Positions 1 through 9,648 are shown, numbered from the stretch's first letter. The stretch: 64,000 nt of DNA from Fimbriimonadales bacterium (GCA_041744215.1 JBGTLG010000015.1:32001-96000); one strand, 5' to 3'. Numbers and translations: made by a program. The notes: a model not told the origin generated them from the sequence alone.

Positions 1-194
1 TATACTCTCAGGTCGAGATTTTGGCCCAAATGAGATTGCGCGCTCGCCAAGAGCCGCGCATTCTCCTTCTCATGCTCTAAAGCCTTCTTGAGCAACCGAG
101 CTTCGAACTCAAGTTGAGACGCTTGTGGTGGCGCTGAACCGTACACCCTGGAGACCAACGGGTTCGGGCTTCCCTGAACAGGCTGCGTACTCAT
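1..194 (-). CDS. YjfB-like putative motility protein (64 aa, stop codon cut by window edge)
   Basis: Not in the ORF track. Manual translation from ATG at 194: MSTQPVQGSPNPLVSRVYGSAPPQASQLEFEARLLKKALEHEKENARLLASAQSHLGQNLDLRV then TA at the edge. LKKAL...LGQNLDLRV resembles the YjfB family. Starts 1 nt after the HDOD stop. Confidence 0.6.
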   Translation of the reverse strand, partial: MSTQPVQGSPNPLVSRVYGSAPPQASQLEFEARLLKKALEHEKENARLLASAQSHLGQNLDLRV

Positions 195-195
195 C

Positions 196-1062
196 TTACA
201 GCAAGCACTTTGCGGCTAGAGTCCTTTCAGTCACCGATGACAACATCTTTTCGAAGTCTTGCGGCGTTCGCAGCCCCACCTGATGGAACGATTCCGGGTC
301 GTACGCACACAAAAGGTGGTCACTGCCCAAGCCGGTAGCTAGAACGGCTGCAAGGCGGTCGGCGACGTGGACGACGTTCACCAAGCCGCGATCAGCTTCA
401 CAAGCTGAGGGAACATGATGATACAGAATCGGGTTCAGTAGCCTCTCCGGCAGATCCCAGCGGGTGCCCAGTGCATACCCAACTTCAGTGTGGTCGAATC
501 CGAACGCCCTTCGCTCGGCCTCTGCAATCGTCGCCTTAGACTTGACAGCGAATTCGGGAATCTTCGCCATCCGATCCGGCGAATGAACTGTCAAAACAAT
601 CTTGCCGACGTTATGAAGAAGTCCAGCGCAAAACGCCTCTTCCGATTGCCCCGGCGCACACGCGTCTGCAACGGTTTCGCTCGCCACGGCGACGGCGACG
701 GCATGATTCCACAACGGCACAAGCATCTCGCGGCGTCTCGCGTCTTCGTTGTCGTACCACCTTTGTGAGGTTGCGAGAAGCGCCAGGTTGCGGACGCTGG
801 CTTTCCCTAACAAGCTCACTGCATCGACGACGGCTGCGACCTCCCTGGGGAGCCCGTAATACGCCGAGTTCGCAAGCTGCAAAACCTTTGCAGCGAGTGC
901 CTGATCCTTGGCGACCGACGCTGCGATTTGAGTGGTCGAACTGTTGAACTCACCGGCCAAACGAACAACCTCGAATACTGCTGTTGGAAGCGCTGGTAGG
1001 TGCGGCGCAGAATCGAGTAATCGCGCGATTTGCTCTTGGGTGTTAACTTGGTTTAGCGCCAT
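196..1062 (-). CDS. HDOD domain signal transduction protein
   Basis: LPALP, DQALAAKVLQLANSAYYG, LWNHAVAVA, AGLLHNVGK, FGFDHTEVG..W.LP motifs. Confidence 0.92.
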   Translation of the reverse strand: MALNQVNTQEQIARLLDSAPHLPALPTAVFEVVRLAGEFNSSTTQIAASVAKDQALAAKVLQLANSAYYGLPREVAAVVDAVSLLGKASVRNLALLATSQRWYDNEDARRREMLVPLWNHAVAVAVASETVADACAPGQSEEAFCAGLLHNVGKIVLTVHSPDRMAKIPEFAVKSKATIAEAERRAFGFDHTEVGYALGTRWDLPERLLNPILYHHVPSACEADRGLVNVVHVADRLAAVLATGLGSDHLLCAYDPESFHQVGLRTPQDFEKMLSSVTERTLAAKCLL

Positions 1063-1067
1063 GTCGC

Positions 1068-1562
1068 CTAGTTTCTCCCCATCATGAAGAGGGTCTCGCG
1101 CCCATCTCCACTCGTTACGGTCAAGTGCCCGTCAGAAACCCTGAGTGAGCAGGTTCGCCCAAAGGCCCCTCCGACTTCACACGTCACTTCGGATACTCCA
1201 ATCTGCTCCAAATAGCCCTTCGACGACTTGAGAGCAGTCTCCATAACTGGCCATAACAAATCCTCTTCTGGCCCTAGCTCTTGCCGATAGCGGGCACCTC
1301 CCACAATCACGCACCGAAAGTTGCTCTTCGCGGCCCCGGTGGCTGTCAGTAGCTGAACTAATGATTCAAGCCTGTGGTCCGTCTGCGAGCCTAGGTTCGA
1401 ACTCCGTTCCGGAAACGGAATGTGAGCCATCCCTCCCACATGCGAGACGGGCTCATAAACGACGACAGTCACCCCTGACCCCACAGGCGGGGCGACGAGA
1501 CTTCCCTGTTGGCCAGCTATGGCTATGCCGCCAAATGACACGGTTTCTTCGTGAAAACCCAT
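1068..1562 (-). CDS. cheD: CheD-like protein (catalytic Cys apparently replaced by Gly)
   Basis: VGSGVTVVVYE..VGGMAH, IVGGA, EVGGAFGRT motifs. Start taken at ATG 1562 after an AGGAAGGAAG RBS. Confidence 0.75.
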   Translation of the reverse strand: MGFHEETVSFGGIAIAGQQGSLVAPPVGSGVTVVVYEPVSHVGGMAHIPFPERSSNLGSQTDHRLESLVQLLTATGAAKSNFRCVIVGGARYRQELGPEEDLLWPVMETALKSSKGYLEQIGVSEVTCEVGGAFGRTCSLRVSDGHLTVTSGDGRETLFMMGRN

Positions 1563-1613
1563 TGGTGCTTCCTTCCTTGCCTTGATGCGTCTGCGTACCA
1601 CGGCTGTATTCCA

Positions 1614-1640
1614 TTGTCGGCAGGTTCCCCGTGCTGGTAG
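1614..1640 (-). promoter_or_regulatory. possible sigma28 (FliA)-type promoter of the cheD-HDOD-yjfB unit
   Basis: Minus strand CTAC-N15-GCCGACAA. The -10 is close to GCCGATAA; the -35 is weak. Confidence 0.4.
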
Positions 1641-1766
1641 ATACGCCTGTGCTTAGATTGTCGAGATTTCGGCTAGGTGGGCCATCTGGCGCCCAACCCC
1701 AGTATCGAGCAAAATGCTTTGAACTGCCTCGGCCTCAAAGGACACAAATCAACCGGAAAACCCTGA

Positions 1767-2276
1767 ATGGACCCAGTGGCCCAACGCGCAGCGACAGGAG
1801 ATCGCGAAGCTATGGCGGACATCGTACGGCTCTTCTATGCCGACGTCCACCGCTTCTGCTCGCGCTTCGTCGGTGTCGATGCCGCCGAAGACGCCACCCA
1901 AGAGACCTTCATCGCCGCCCACAAGCGGATACGGGGATTCCGAGGTGACTCATCCTTGAAGACCTGGCTATTCGGCATCGCGCTGAACATATCGCGAAAC
2001 GCAAAACGGAAGAGGCAGCCGGTCCCGCTCGCTGACTGGGACTACCCGGCGGAGTCCGACCCAGCTGATCGGTTGATCGAAGCCGAACAGCTTAGATGCG
2101 CCCTCGCTAAACTCTCGCCCGAACACCGCGAAGTCGTCATCCTTCATGAGATGGAAGGCCTCAGCTACGACGAATGCGGAAACCTCATTGGCGTTCCGTC
2201 TGGAACTGTCAAGAGCCGCTTACACCACGCCTTTCGACAACTCCGCTCCCACCTACAAACGGGAGAACCAGCATGA
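1767..2276 (+). CDS. ECF RNA polymerase sigma factor
   Basis: AEDATQETF, FRGDSSLKTWLFGIA, LSYDECG..GTVKSRLHHA (sigma70 regions 2 and 4). Confidence 0.95.
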   Translation: MDPVAQRAATGDREAMADIVRLFYADVHRFCSRFVGVDAAEDATQETFIAAHKRIRGFRGDSSLKTWLFGIALNISRNAKRKRQPVPLADWDYPAESDPADRLIEAEQLRCALAKLSPEHREVVILHEMEGLSYDECGNLIGVPSGTVKSRLHHAFRQLRSHLQTGEPA

Positions 2277-3448
2277 ACAACGACCTTCGCGAAGACCTGA
2301 AAGCCTACATCGACGGCGAGCTCGAACCTGGAAGAGCCGAACAAATCCGTGTCGCGCTCGAAACGGACGAAACTCTGCGAAAGGAAGAAGAGTTTATGAG
2401 AAGCCTGGGCAGGAGCTTTGCATCCCTCCGCCCGACTTCGGAGGCTTCACCTCAATCAGCGGAGAAGTCTGCGGCTTCATTCATCAGGAAGCGCCGTTCG
2501 ATCCTCGGGTCTCCATGGGTGTGGGCCGGAGCATGCAGCATCCTCCTCATCGTGGTGCTCGCTCGGCCTCTGATCCAGTCCGCGCAGTCCGAACTCAGTG
2601 GCTCGGACAGCCCGAGCCCCTTTCCCGCAGCCTCGAGCAGCGGCAACGCATCTCCTCCCGCGCCCGAGGCGCCAGCGGTAGGAGGCGCCACCGACATGCA
2701 CGAGTCGGAGCCGGGGCGCATCACGCCACAACCCGAGGAATCGTCTATCTCTGCAGCTCCGCCAGGCCCGGCCGGATTTACTCGCGCTCTGATTCGAACT
2801 GGCTCGCTTACGCTCCGCGTTGAAAGCGTTGACGCGACCCGCGACGAGATCACCCAGCGCGTCTCAGCGTGGGGTGGCTACGTCGAGGGCCAAACGAAGC
2901 GTGACTCTCAGGCCAGAGTCGCCGAGGGCGAGATGATCCTGCGAGTTCCCTCGGAACGCTTCGATGAAGCGATGGCAGAACTTGAGTCGCAGGGCGAAAC
3001 CATCAACAGCAACACCACCAGCGACGATGTCTCCGATCAAATCGTCGACTTGGATGCTCGCCTCAAGACGATGCGTGCGCAGGAGGAAATCTACCGGAAG
3101 CTGCTCGGTGAAGCCAAGACTGTCGGCCAAGTGATGCAAGTTCAAGATCGCCTCAGTTCCCTTCGCGCCGAGATCGAGAGCATTGATGCGCGTGCGCAGA
3201 GTTTAAAGAACCTCGCGGCGCTCTCGACCATCCGAGTTCACCTAATCCAGCGGCCAAGCGCATCAGAGGCGGCATCGACATCAGGTTGGGCAGGCGATGC
3301 TTGGGCTAACGCTGTCAAGGGAGTTGCCGGAGCCCTGCAGACTATTGCGACCGCCGTCATCTTCGTCCTTGTCTGGCTACCGATATGGCTGCCATTGACT
3401 TTGTTGCTGATTGTCGTTTATCGCCGTGCACTCTCGCCGAGAACCTGA
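2273..3448 (+). CDS. anti-sigma-like N-terminus + TM + DUF4349 domain protein
   Basis: ATGA overlap with the sigma stop. LKAYIDGEL anti-sigma helix, TM segment, LIRTGSLTLRV...LRVPSERFD...DVSDQIVDLDARL (DUF4349), C-terminal TM. Confidence 0.8.
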   Translation: MNNDLREDLKAYIDGELEPGRAEQIRVALETDETLRKEEEFMRSLGRSFASLRPTSEASPQSAEKSAASFIRKRRSILGSPWVWAGACSILLIVVLARPLIQSAQSELSGSDSPSPFPAASSSGNASPPAPEAPAVGGATDMHESEPGRITPQPEESSISAAPPGPAGFTRALIRTGSLTLRVESVDATRDEITQRVSAWGGYVEGQTKRDSQARVAEGEMILRVPSERFDEAMAELESQGETINSNTTSDDVSDQIVDLDARLKTMRAQEEIYRKLLGEAKTVGQVMQVQDRLSSLRAEIESIDARAQSLKNLAALSTIRVHLIQRPSASEAASTSGWAGDAWANAVKGVAGALQTIATAVIFVLVWLPIWLPLTLLLIVVYRRALSPRT

Positions 3449-4680
3449 TGCAGCCCAACCTTCGCCTCGCTTAATAGATAGAAGCTTCCCGAAATCAAAA
3501 TCACGTCAACCTCCGTCGCCTCGTGAATCGCATTCAAAACGGCGTCCTTGACTGAGGTGTGCACCTTGGCAGACTCAGGCAGCGCGCGCCTCAGCGCGCT
3601 CGCCGTCAGTCCGCGCGGATGCTGCATCGGTGCAGCGTGAACTGTGTCAGCGTCAAAAGCGAGCACAGTAGAGCTTGGATCGTGCCCGGATCCGGCGCTA
3701 TATACAAGAATCACCTTTGCGTTGCCATGCCGTTTTCTAATCGCTCCCGAAACAGCGCTGGCTGCCTGATCGTTATGTGCGCCGTCCAAAATGACCGTCG
3801 GCCGGTCGTGGATGACCTCCATTCGTCCAGGCAAGGCTAAGGAAGTGACTACCTGATCGATCACGTCGTCGCTTATAGTTAGACCAACTATGTCGAGAGC
3901 GGCAACCGCAGTTGCCGCATTCCTGCGTTCGTGCACAGCCATCTTGCCAAGGTCCACAGAATGCCTGCGCACCGGAGTGGAGATTCGGTTTAAGCCAATT
4001 CGGATCTCGTCGCCCAAACACCAAATCTCCGATTCGCACATCCGCGCCACATCGAGGATCACCTGTGTCGCACGAGGATCGCTTGTTCCGCAAACGACCG
4101 GTTTGCCTGGCTTAATGATCCCAGCCTTCTCTTGCGCAATCGCCTCAATGGTGTCGCCCAAGTACTGCTGGTGATCCAAACCGATCTCTGTGATAATGCT
4201 AACGAGTGGGTCCACGACATTCGTCGCGTCCAGCCTCCCCCCTAGGCCTACTTCGAGTGCGACGTAGTCACATTTCTGTTCTTTCCAGTAGGTGAATCCA
4301 ACAGCGGTCTTAAACTCAAACTCCGTTGGTCCGCAGAAAATCGACGTCGCCAGCGACTCTGAAATCGGCACCAGCGAAGCAGTGATTCGCGACAAGTCCT
4401 CCTCCGCAATCATTTCGCCGTCGATCTGAATACGTTCTCGAAAATCGTACACGTAGGGCGAAAGAAAACTCCCCGTACGATAGCCGCTTCGAGTTAGCAT
4501 CAACTGCACCAGTGATACCACGGACCCCTTGCCATTCGTTCCGGCAACGTGGAAGAAGTGCGGGCCGGAAAGGTGCGGTTCCCCGAATCGCGCCAACAGT
4601 TCCTCCATCCGATCCAGCCCGAGCCGCCATCCGCGTTTCTCGAGACTGGAGATGTACTCCAGCGCTTGTTGGTACGTCAC
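3418..4680 (-). CDS. folC: folylpolyglutamate synthase / dihydrofolate synthase
   Basis: HVAGTNGKGS, EVGLGGRLDATNV, DH..YLG, EKAGIIK, LDGAHN. Confidence 0.96.
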   Translation of the reverse strand: MTYQQALEYISSLEKRGWRLGLDRMEELLARFGEPHLSGPHFFHVAGTNGKGSVVSLVQLMLTRSGYRTGSFLSPYVYDFRERIQIDGEMIAEEDLSRITASLVPISESLATSIFCGPTEFEFKTAVGFTYWKEQKCDYVALEVGLGGRLDATNVVDPLVSIITEIGLDHQQYLGDTIEAIAQEKAGIIKPGKPVVCGTSDPRATQVILDVARMCESEIWCLGDEIRIGLNRISTPVRRHSVDLGKMAVHERRNAATAVAALDIVGLTISDDVIDQVVTSLALPGRMEVIHDRPTVILDGAHNDQAASAVSGAIRKRHGNAKVILVYSAGSGHDPSSTVLAFDADTVHAAPMQHPRGLTASALRRALPESAKVHTSVKDAVLNAIHEATEVDVILISGSFYLLSEAKVGLHQVLGESARR

Positions 4681-5864
4681 GCGCCTGCGCCGACGAGAGC
4701 GACCTTGGCAATTCGTTCTGCAGCCTCAGCCATGCGCTCACCGTCTTTATCCCCGCTTACAGTGAGGCTCATCCGCACGAATCCTTCGCCAGCCGGCCCA
4801 TACCCGTTACCCGGGATCACAAGGACCTTTGCTTCCTCAAGAAGCCGCTTTGAGAACTCGGCAGATGACTCAGCCGTTGGCACCCGTGCCCAGATGTAGA
4901 AAGCACCCTTAGGCTTATCAACCTTCCAACCAGCAGCTGTGAGCCCATCCACAAGCACATCGCGACGCTTCTTATACAGTTCCATCGTGGCTGAATTGTT
5001 AGCTGAGTCCAACGCGTAAGCACCTGCTTCGGCAATTGCAGCGAACTGCTTGCTGTCGATGTTGTCTTTAAGTCGGCTGAGCGCTCCGATGGCGTCCTTG
5101 CAGCCGCAAGCGAAACCGATGCGCCAGCCCGTCATGTTGTACGGCTTGCTGAGAGAGTGAAACTCGATGGCGATATCCTTCGCCCCTTCGACCTGTAATG
5201 CGGTTGCACACCGGTATCCGTCGTAAGTAACCTGCGCATACGCGAGATCAGCAACTAATATGATGTCGTGATCCTTGCAGAACCGAACCACATCCTCATA
5301 AAAGGAAAGGGGTGCGACGGCACCCGTCGGGTTGTTTGGGTAGCAAGTGAAGAAAAGCTTTGCGTTCTTCGCCACGTCAACTGGGATGTCTTCTAACCTA
5401 GGAAGAAATCCGTTCTCCTCTCGTAACGTAGCGTCAAAGATTTTTGCACCGCACATGTCCGCCTGAATCCTGTAAACAGGGTATGCGGGATCTGGAACGA
5501 TGACTCCATCTCCAGGATCAACGAACGCCCACACCAGGTGTGCGAGCCCCTCCTTGCTTCCGATCACCTCGAGCATCTCTGCCGTTGGATCGAGACTAAC
5601 TCCGTATTCACGCTTGTACCAGCGCGCGCCTGCATCGAGAAACTTGCCCAGCCCTCGCGGCGACTCGTCGTACCGATGGTAGGCAGAATTCTGCGCGGCC
5701 TTCGACAGCGCGTCAATGATCTCGGGAGGAGTGGGTTGATCCGGGTCTCCAATTCCCAAATCGATGATGTCCTCTCCTCTGGCTTTCATCTCCGCTTTGA
5801 CACGGGCAATCTCAGCAAACAGATAGGGCGGAATCTTCTCAAGGCGAGTGGAGCGGGATGGCAT
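4677..5864 (-). CDS. dapL: LL-diaminopimelate aminotransferase-like class I/II PLP aminotransferase
   Basis: PPYLFAEI, DLGIGDPD, GSKEGLAH, YPNNPTG, HSLSKPYNMTGWRIG. Confidence 0.8.
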   Translation of the reverse strand: MPSRSTRLEKIPPYLFAEIARVKAEMKARGEDIIDLGIGDPDQPTPPEIIDALSKAAQNSAYHRYDESPRGLGKFLDAGARWYKREYGVSLDPTAEMLEVIGSKEGLAHLVWAFVDPGDGVIVPDPAYPVYRIQADMCGAKIFDATLREENGFLPRLEDIPVDVAKNAKLFFTCYPNNPTGAVAPLSFYEDVVRFCKDHDIILVADLAYAQVTYDGYRCATALQVEGAKDIAIEFHSLSKPYNMTGWRIGFACGCKDAIGALSRLKDNIDSKQFAAIAEAGAYALDSANNSATMELYKKRRDVLVDGLTAAGWKVDKPKGAFYIWARVPTAESSAEFSKRLLEEAKVLVIPGNGYGPAGEGFVRMSLTVSGDKDGERMAEAAERIAKVALVGAGA

Positions 5865-5880
5865 GCCTCGATTCTACCGG

Positions 5881-6726
5881 TTAGCCGTGACCGCGCACCC
5901 GATCTACGCGAGAGCCCAACGTACGTAGGATCCTCCTCGCCATTTCAACATAGTCTGGCGAAGCATCCTCCATCTCGATAAGCAGATTGCAGTATCGCCT
6001 TGCACTCTCCTTATCCTCCAAATGGAGGTGGCAATAAGCCAACGCTAGGAGCGCATAAGATCTGTCTTCGCCAGTCGTTCCCACGGCGTGGGCACGCTTG
6101 AAGAATGGAATCGCCATCTCCTGCTTTGCACTCAGCTGATACCGGTCGCCAATCGCCAGAAGGGCACGCGCCAAGTGGACGCCTCGGTAACTGGAACGCT
6201 CTGCAGCTTCTAAGTGCGCCTCAGCCTCGTCCGTTCGCTTTCGCGAAGCGCAGATTAGAGCCATGCGCGCATTCGCTTCGCCGTCAGTCGGATCTGACTT
6301 CAGTTTCGCGGCAATTGCAGGATACGATCTGTAATGCTGAACGATCGGCATAAGCTCTGCAGCAAACTCCTCAGCAGCCAAGAGTCCCAACACCTCACCC
6401 CAGGTTTCCTCAGAAGTGTCGACAAAAAGAATCGTCGGATATGTTTCCAGTTTGAACTGCTTTGAAAGTAACTCGCCGTCCGCTTCTACATTCAGCTTCA
6501 CAGGAACGATGTTCTCACAAAGTCTAACAACCCTAGGATCGACAAAAGTCTCGGCCGTCATTTTCCGCCATTCGGGAGACTCGTCAATATAGAAACAAAC
6601 CATCATCAGCTTGTTCGAAAGCTTCGCATTCGCTTTGGCAGTCGGATAGTCTTTCGCCCATGGCAACTCAGCGGCGGCGCTCAATGAGAGGCAGAACGAC
6701 AACAAGGCGAAAAGCAATCCCTTCAT
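5881..6726 (-). CDS. exported thioredoxin-fold + TPR protein, lacking CxxC
   Basis: Signal peptide; W..DY..A...AK..NK.MMV.FY and YPTILF cis-Pro motif; C-terminal TPR-like helices. Confidence 0.7.
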   Translation of the reverse strand: MKGLLFALLSFCLSLSAAAELPWAKDYPTAKANAKLSNKLMMVCFYIDESPEWRKMTAETFVDPRVVRLCENIVPVKLNVEADGELLSKQFKLETYPTILFVDTSEETWGEVLGLLAAEEFAAELMPIVQHYRSYPAIAAKLKSDPTDGEANARMALICASRKRTDEAEAHLEAAERSSYRGVHLARALLAIGDRYQLSAKQEMAIPFFKRAHAVGTTGEDRSYALLALAYCHLHLEDKESARRYCNLLIEMEDASPDYVEMARRILRTLGSRVDRVRGHG

Positions 6727-7148
6727 GAAACTCCTCCTGGCGACGTGTATTCTGGAGAATCTCGATCGGAACCTGGCGGTCTGTTCTCAAACCAAGTCCG
6801 CACCTCAGGTTTCAGCCACAGAATGCCAACCCAAATCGCAAACGGCAAAGCACAGCAATAGCTCAGCGAAAGCGCAATCAGGACAATGCCAACAACGTAC
6901 CCCCAGAACTTCCGCGGAACAAACGCGCCAACAAGGTAAGGAACTGCGAGTACATAGCACATGATGATTGATACTGTTATCAATGGCGTAACAGCAGCCC
7001 ACTCGGCCAGCTGCCTCTCTCGCTCGATTTCGTTGGGAATCTCGTTGAGCCACGACGGAACGTGCCCAACAAGTGCTTGGATGCCTACCCCAATCGCGAC
7101 CGACATCAACGAAACGCCAATGCAGAGCGCTCGATAGCCTTTCAGCAT
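6723..7148 (-). CDS. hypothetical membrane protein
   Basis: 3-4 hydrophobic segments; overlaps the start of the next gene. Confidence 0.7.
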   Translation of the reverse strand: MLKGYRALCIGVSLMSVAIGVGIQALVGHVPSWLNEIPNEIERERQLAEWAAVTPLITVSIIMCYVLAVPYLVGAFVPRKFWGYVVGIVLIALSLSYCCALPFAIWVGILWLKPEVRTWFENRPPGSDRDSPEYTSPGGVS

Positions 7149-7164
7149 CCAGGTTCGCCACTGT

Positions 7165-8502
7165 TCATAACGACCGCGTTTTACCTCCTACGAGCCCATC
7201 GTCTACCACAGCGACAGTGTAAGGGCCGTCTGGAATGACCGCGATCGACCGTCCCGAGTGCCTGTTGATCTCCGCCCGCAGCGAGCTCTCGAGGTCGCCC
7301 GAGACAATCTCGATCGGTGAAACCGAGAATCGGCGGAGTTCGTCCGCCGAAAACGTGTCGCATAAGAAACGTAGCCTGGCCGGATCCCCAACCCTTGAAA
7401 GCACCTTGGCGTGCATTTGAAATCCCCACTGGTCGTGAGCGGTCTCAGTGGATGAGGCTAAATGCCTTAGATAGCCGCGCCAATCCCCACCCCACGTCTT
7501 CATGATGTTGGTGAACGACGGGCTACCCAATCCCTCGCTGCATTCGGACGCGCACACAACAATCCCGCCTTCACGCACGATTGGTAAAGCCGAACACATT
7601 CCCTTCCCTGTTTGGTAAAGCGTTTTGTCCAGTGGATGTCCACCGCCGCACGTCACGACGACGTCAAATAGTCGGCCTGCCGATGCACCCGTCCATTCCC
7701 GAACCACTTTAGTCCCGGCAAGCCAAGCATCGACCCAGTCTCCGGCAAAGACAGCCGCCATCTCTTTATCTTCGTTCAGCGCAACATTCACCAGAAAGTC
7801 AATTCCCACCATACTGGCGATGTCCATGGCCTCTTCATGCAGTGGATTCCCTTCTAGTGAGAAATTGGCAGCCAACGGTGAATCCAAGAATTCGAACCCG
7901 TGAAACTTCTGCACCGTTTCTACGTTTACAAGCCCCGGGCAAACTCCCTTTCGGCCTCCGCTGAAGCCAGCCATGAAGTGTGGCTCGATGAATCCGGTGA
8001 CAATCTTGAAGTCTGCTTCACAATACAGCTTGTTTACAAACGCCCGCGTTCCCTTCACGCTGAGTCTCGGCATTTCCAGGAGTTCATCTCTCGCCTCACT
8101 ATGATGATCGACGATCAAGTAGTTAGCCGCTATTTCTGCCCCGACTAACTCGACGCGTTCTTCGGGCGTACTCCCTCGGTGCATCCCAGTCGCAATCAAG
8201 ATCGTCACATCGTCTCGTGATAGCCCGGCGTCATGCAATAGCGAGAGAATCGGCGGAAGAACCTGATAATTTGGAACTGGCCGCGTAATGTCTGAGATCG
8301 TAATCACCGCATTGCTCGGCCTTCGCCTTGCCAACAGCGTGGGGAGTGGTTCGCAGGCGATCGGCTCCAAGAGCGCACATTCGACAGCACCTTGCGGATC
8401 GTCCAGCGGTGGAACCTGCTTTGCTCGCAAAACTACCGCGTCGTCAGGAACTCGGAATCTCAGGCGAGTCTTCCCGTATCTGATGAACGTGCTTTGAGCC
8501 AC
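7165..8502 (-). CDS. larA: nickel-pincer-dependent lactate racemase (LarA) family protein
   Basis: SDITRP, ATGMHR, EPHFMAGFSGGRKG, GNPLH, YQTGKG, IPDGPY. Confidence 0.9.
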   Translation of the reverse strand: MAQSTFIRYGKTRLRFRVPDDAVVLRAKQVPPLDDPQGAVECALLEPIACEPLPTLLARRRPSNAVITISDITRPVPNYQVLPPILSLLHDAGLSRDDVTILIATGMHRGSTPEERVELVGAEIAANYLIVDHHSEARDELLEMPRLSVKGTRAFVNKLYCEADFKIVTGFIEPHFMAGFSGGRKGVCPGLVNVETVQKFHGFEFLDSPLAANFSLEGNPLHEEAMDIASMVGIDFLVNVALNEDKEMAAVFAGDWVDAWLAGTKVVREWTGASAGRLFDVVVTCGGGHPLDKTLYQTGKGMCSALPIVREGGIVVCASECSEGLGSPSFTNIMKTWGGDWRGYLRHLASSTETAHDQWGFQMHAKVLSRVGDPARLRFLCDTFSADELRRFSVSPIEIVSGDLESSLRAEINRHSGRSIAVIPDGPYTVAVVDDGLVGGKTRSL

Positions 8503-8522
8503 GTGCGGGATTATGTAGGAAG

Positions 8523-8598
8523 TGGCAGGGGCAACAGGATTCGAACCCGCGACCTGCGGTTTTGGAGACCGCTGCTCTACCAGCTGAGCTATACCCCT
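8523..8598 (-). tRNA. tRNA-Trp (CCA)
   Basis: Reverse complement AGGGGTATAGCTCAGCTGGTAGAGCAGCGGTCTCCAAAACCGCAGGTCGCGGGTTCGAATCCTGTTGCCCCTGCCA; anticodon CCA, encoded 3' CCA. Confidence 0.97.
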
Positions 8599-8640
8599 GC
8601 GATACCGCAGATTTTACCCCCGACTCGGGCGACGCACTCC

Positions 8641-9639
8641 TCACGTTGACTCTTCTGCAGAATAGAACCTATCGATCCAGTGCATCACCCGCCTTGCCTC
8701 TTCGATGGTGCAGCCCAGAGATTTGCTTTCGCCGTCGACTGACCGGACAAAATCCGCAATCTCACGGTGATAGTTGAGTTCGCCATCGAAGTTTTCGTCG
8801 GACCATTCGCCCCATCCTGCCGGGTGCCCGCTCTGAGATTCCCGCAAGTAGAGGCGTGTCCAAGGTTTGTGTATTCCGAGGAGCAGTGTTCCCTCCGTGC
8901 CAAAGAGCTGCACATCCCACGTTTCTATCCACTCGTTGGCCTCCCACCCGCAAACATCTCCCGCTACGAGAACGTCGCCGAATTCCACAACTACTGCCGC
9001 AGAATCTTCGTAAGGATGGTCCGGCACTCCGTCAAGTTTTTTCAAACTGCCAGAGATCGAGGTGACTTCACCAAAGAGCACCGTTAGCAGATCCAGCATA
9101 TGACAGAAATCGTTGAAGACAAGCCCACCGCGATCATCTGGATCACAGAACCAAGGGTCGGTTAGCCAGGGCGACATCACAGCGCAGTGAAAACGGCCCG
9201 TCGTTATCCGACCCAGCAGTCCCTGATCGATGATCTGTTTCGCCTTCTCAATCGCAGGGGAGTACCGCAAATGATAACCGACTTGCGCGACGACACCGCT
9301 GATGCGCACCGCATCGCAAACCTGCTGGAGGCTCTTCAGATTGTTCGCTCCGGGCTTTTCGACTAGAAACGGCCGCCTTGCCTCTGCAGCACGTATCGCC
9401 AAGCGAGCACTCTGTATGTTGGTCCCTTCGATAACTACAAGATCTACATCCGCCGACTCCAGCAGTTCTGCATCGCTCGCAAAGGTAGGAACGCCGTAAT
9501 CGGAAGCAACTCGACCTGCGACTTCTTCGTCGGGATCGTACACTCCAGCGATGCTCATCCCGGCCAGCGCGCGCACTGCGCTCATCCGTCCCGCACAGTG
9601 TGGATGAGACACAGCCAAAAAACCAACGCCTATCGACAT
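8641..9639 (-). CDS. Gfo/Idh/MocA family oxidoreductase
   Basis: VEKPG, VGYHLRY, GG...DFCHMLD, EDSA. Confidence 0.9.
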   Translation of the reverse strand: MSIGVGFLAVSHPHCAGRMSAVRALAGMSIAGVYDPDEEVAGRVASDYGVPTFASDAELLESADVDLVVIEGTNIQSARLAIRAAEARRPFLVEKPGANNLKSLQQVCDAVRISGVVAQVGYHLRYSPAIEKAKQIIDQGLLGRITTGRFHCAVMSPWLTDPWFCDPDDRGGLVFNDFCHMLDLLTVLFGEVTSISGSLKKLDGVPDHPYEDSAAVVVEFGDVLVAGDVCGWEANEWIETWDVQLFGTEGTLLLGIHKPWTRLYLRESQSGHPAGWGEWSDENFDGELNYHREIADFVRSVDGESKSLGCTIEEARRVMHWIDRFYSAEEST

Positions 9640-9648
9640 GCGGACACT

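Noticed and set aside
1720-1750. Autoregulatory ECF promoter (TGAACT...GACAC)
   Set aside because: Too short and degenerate to support without a group-specific motif
8523-8598. tRNA-Trp (and tRNA-Pro at 43247) as integration sites of an island
   Set aside because: No integrase, and I saw no duplicated tRNA 3' end; flanking genes look chromosomal
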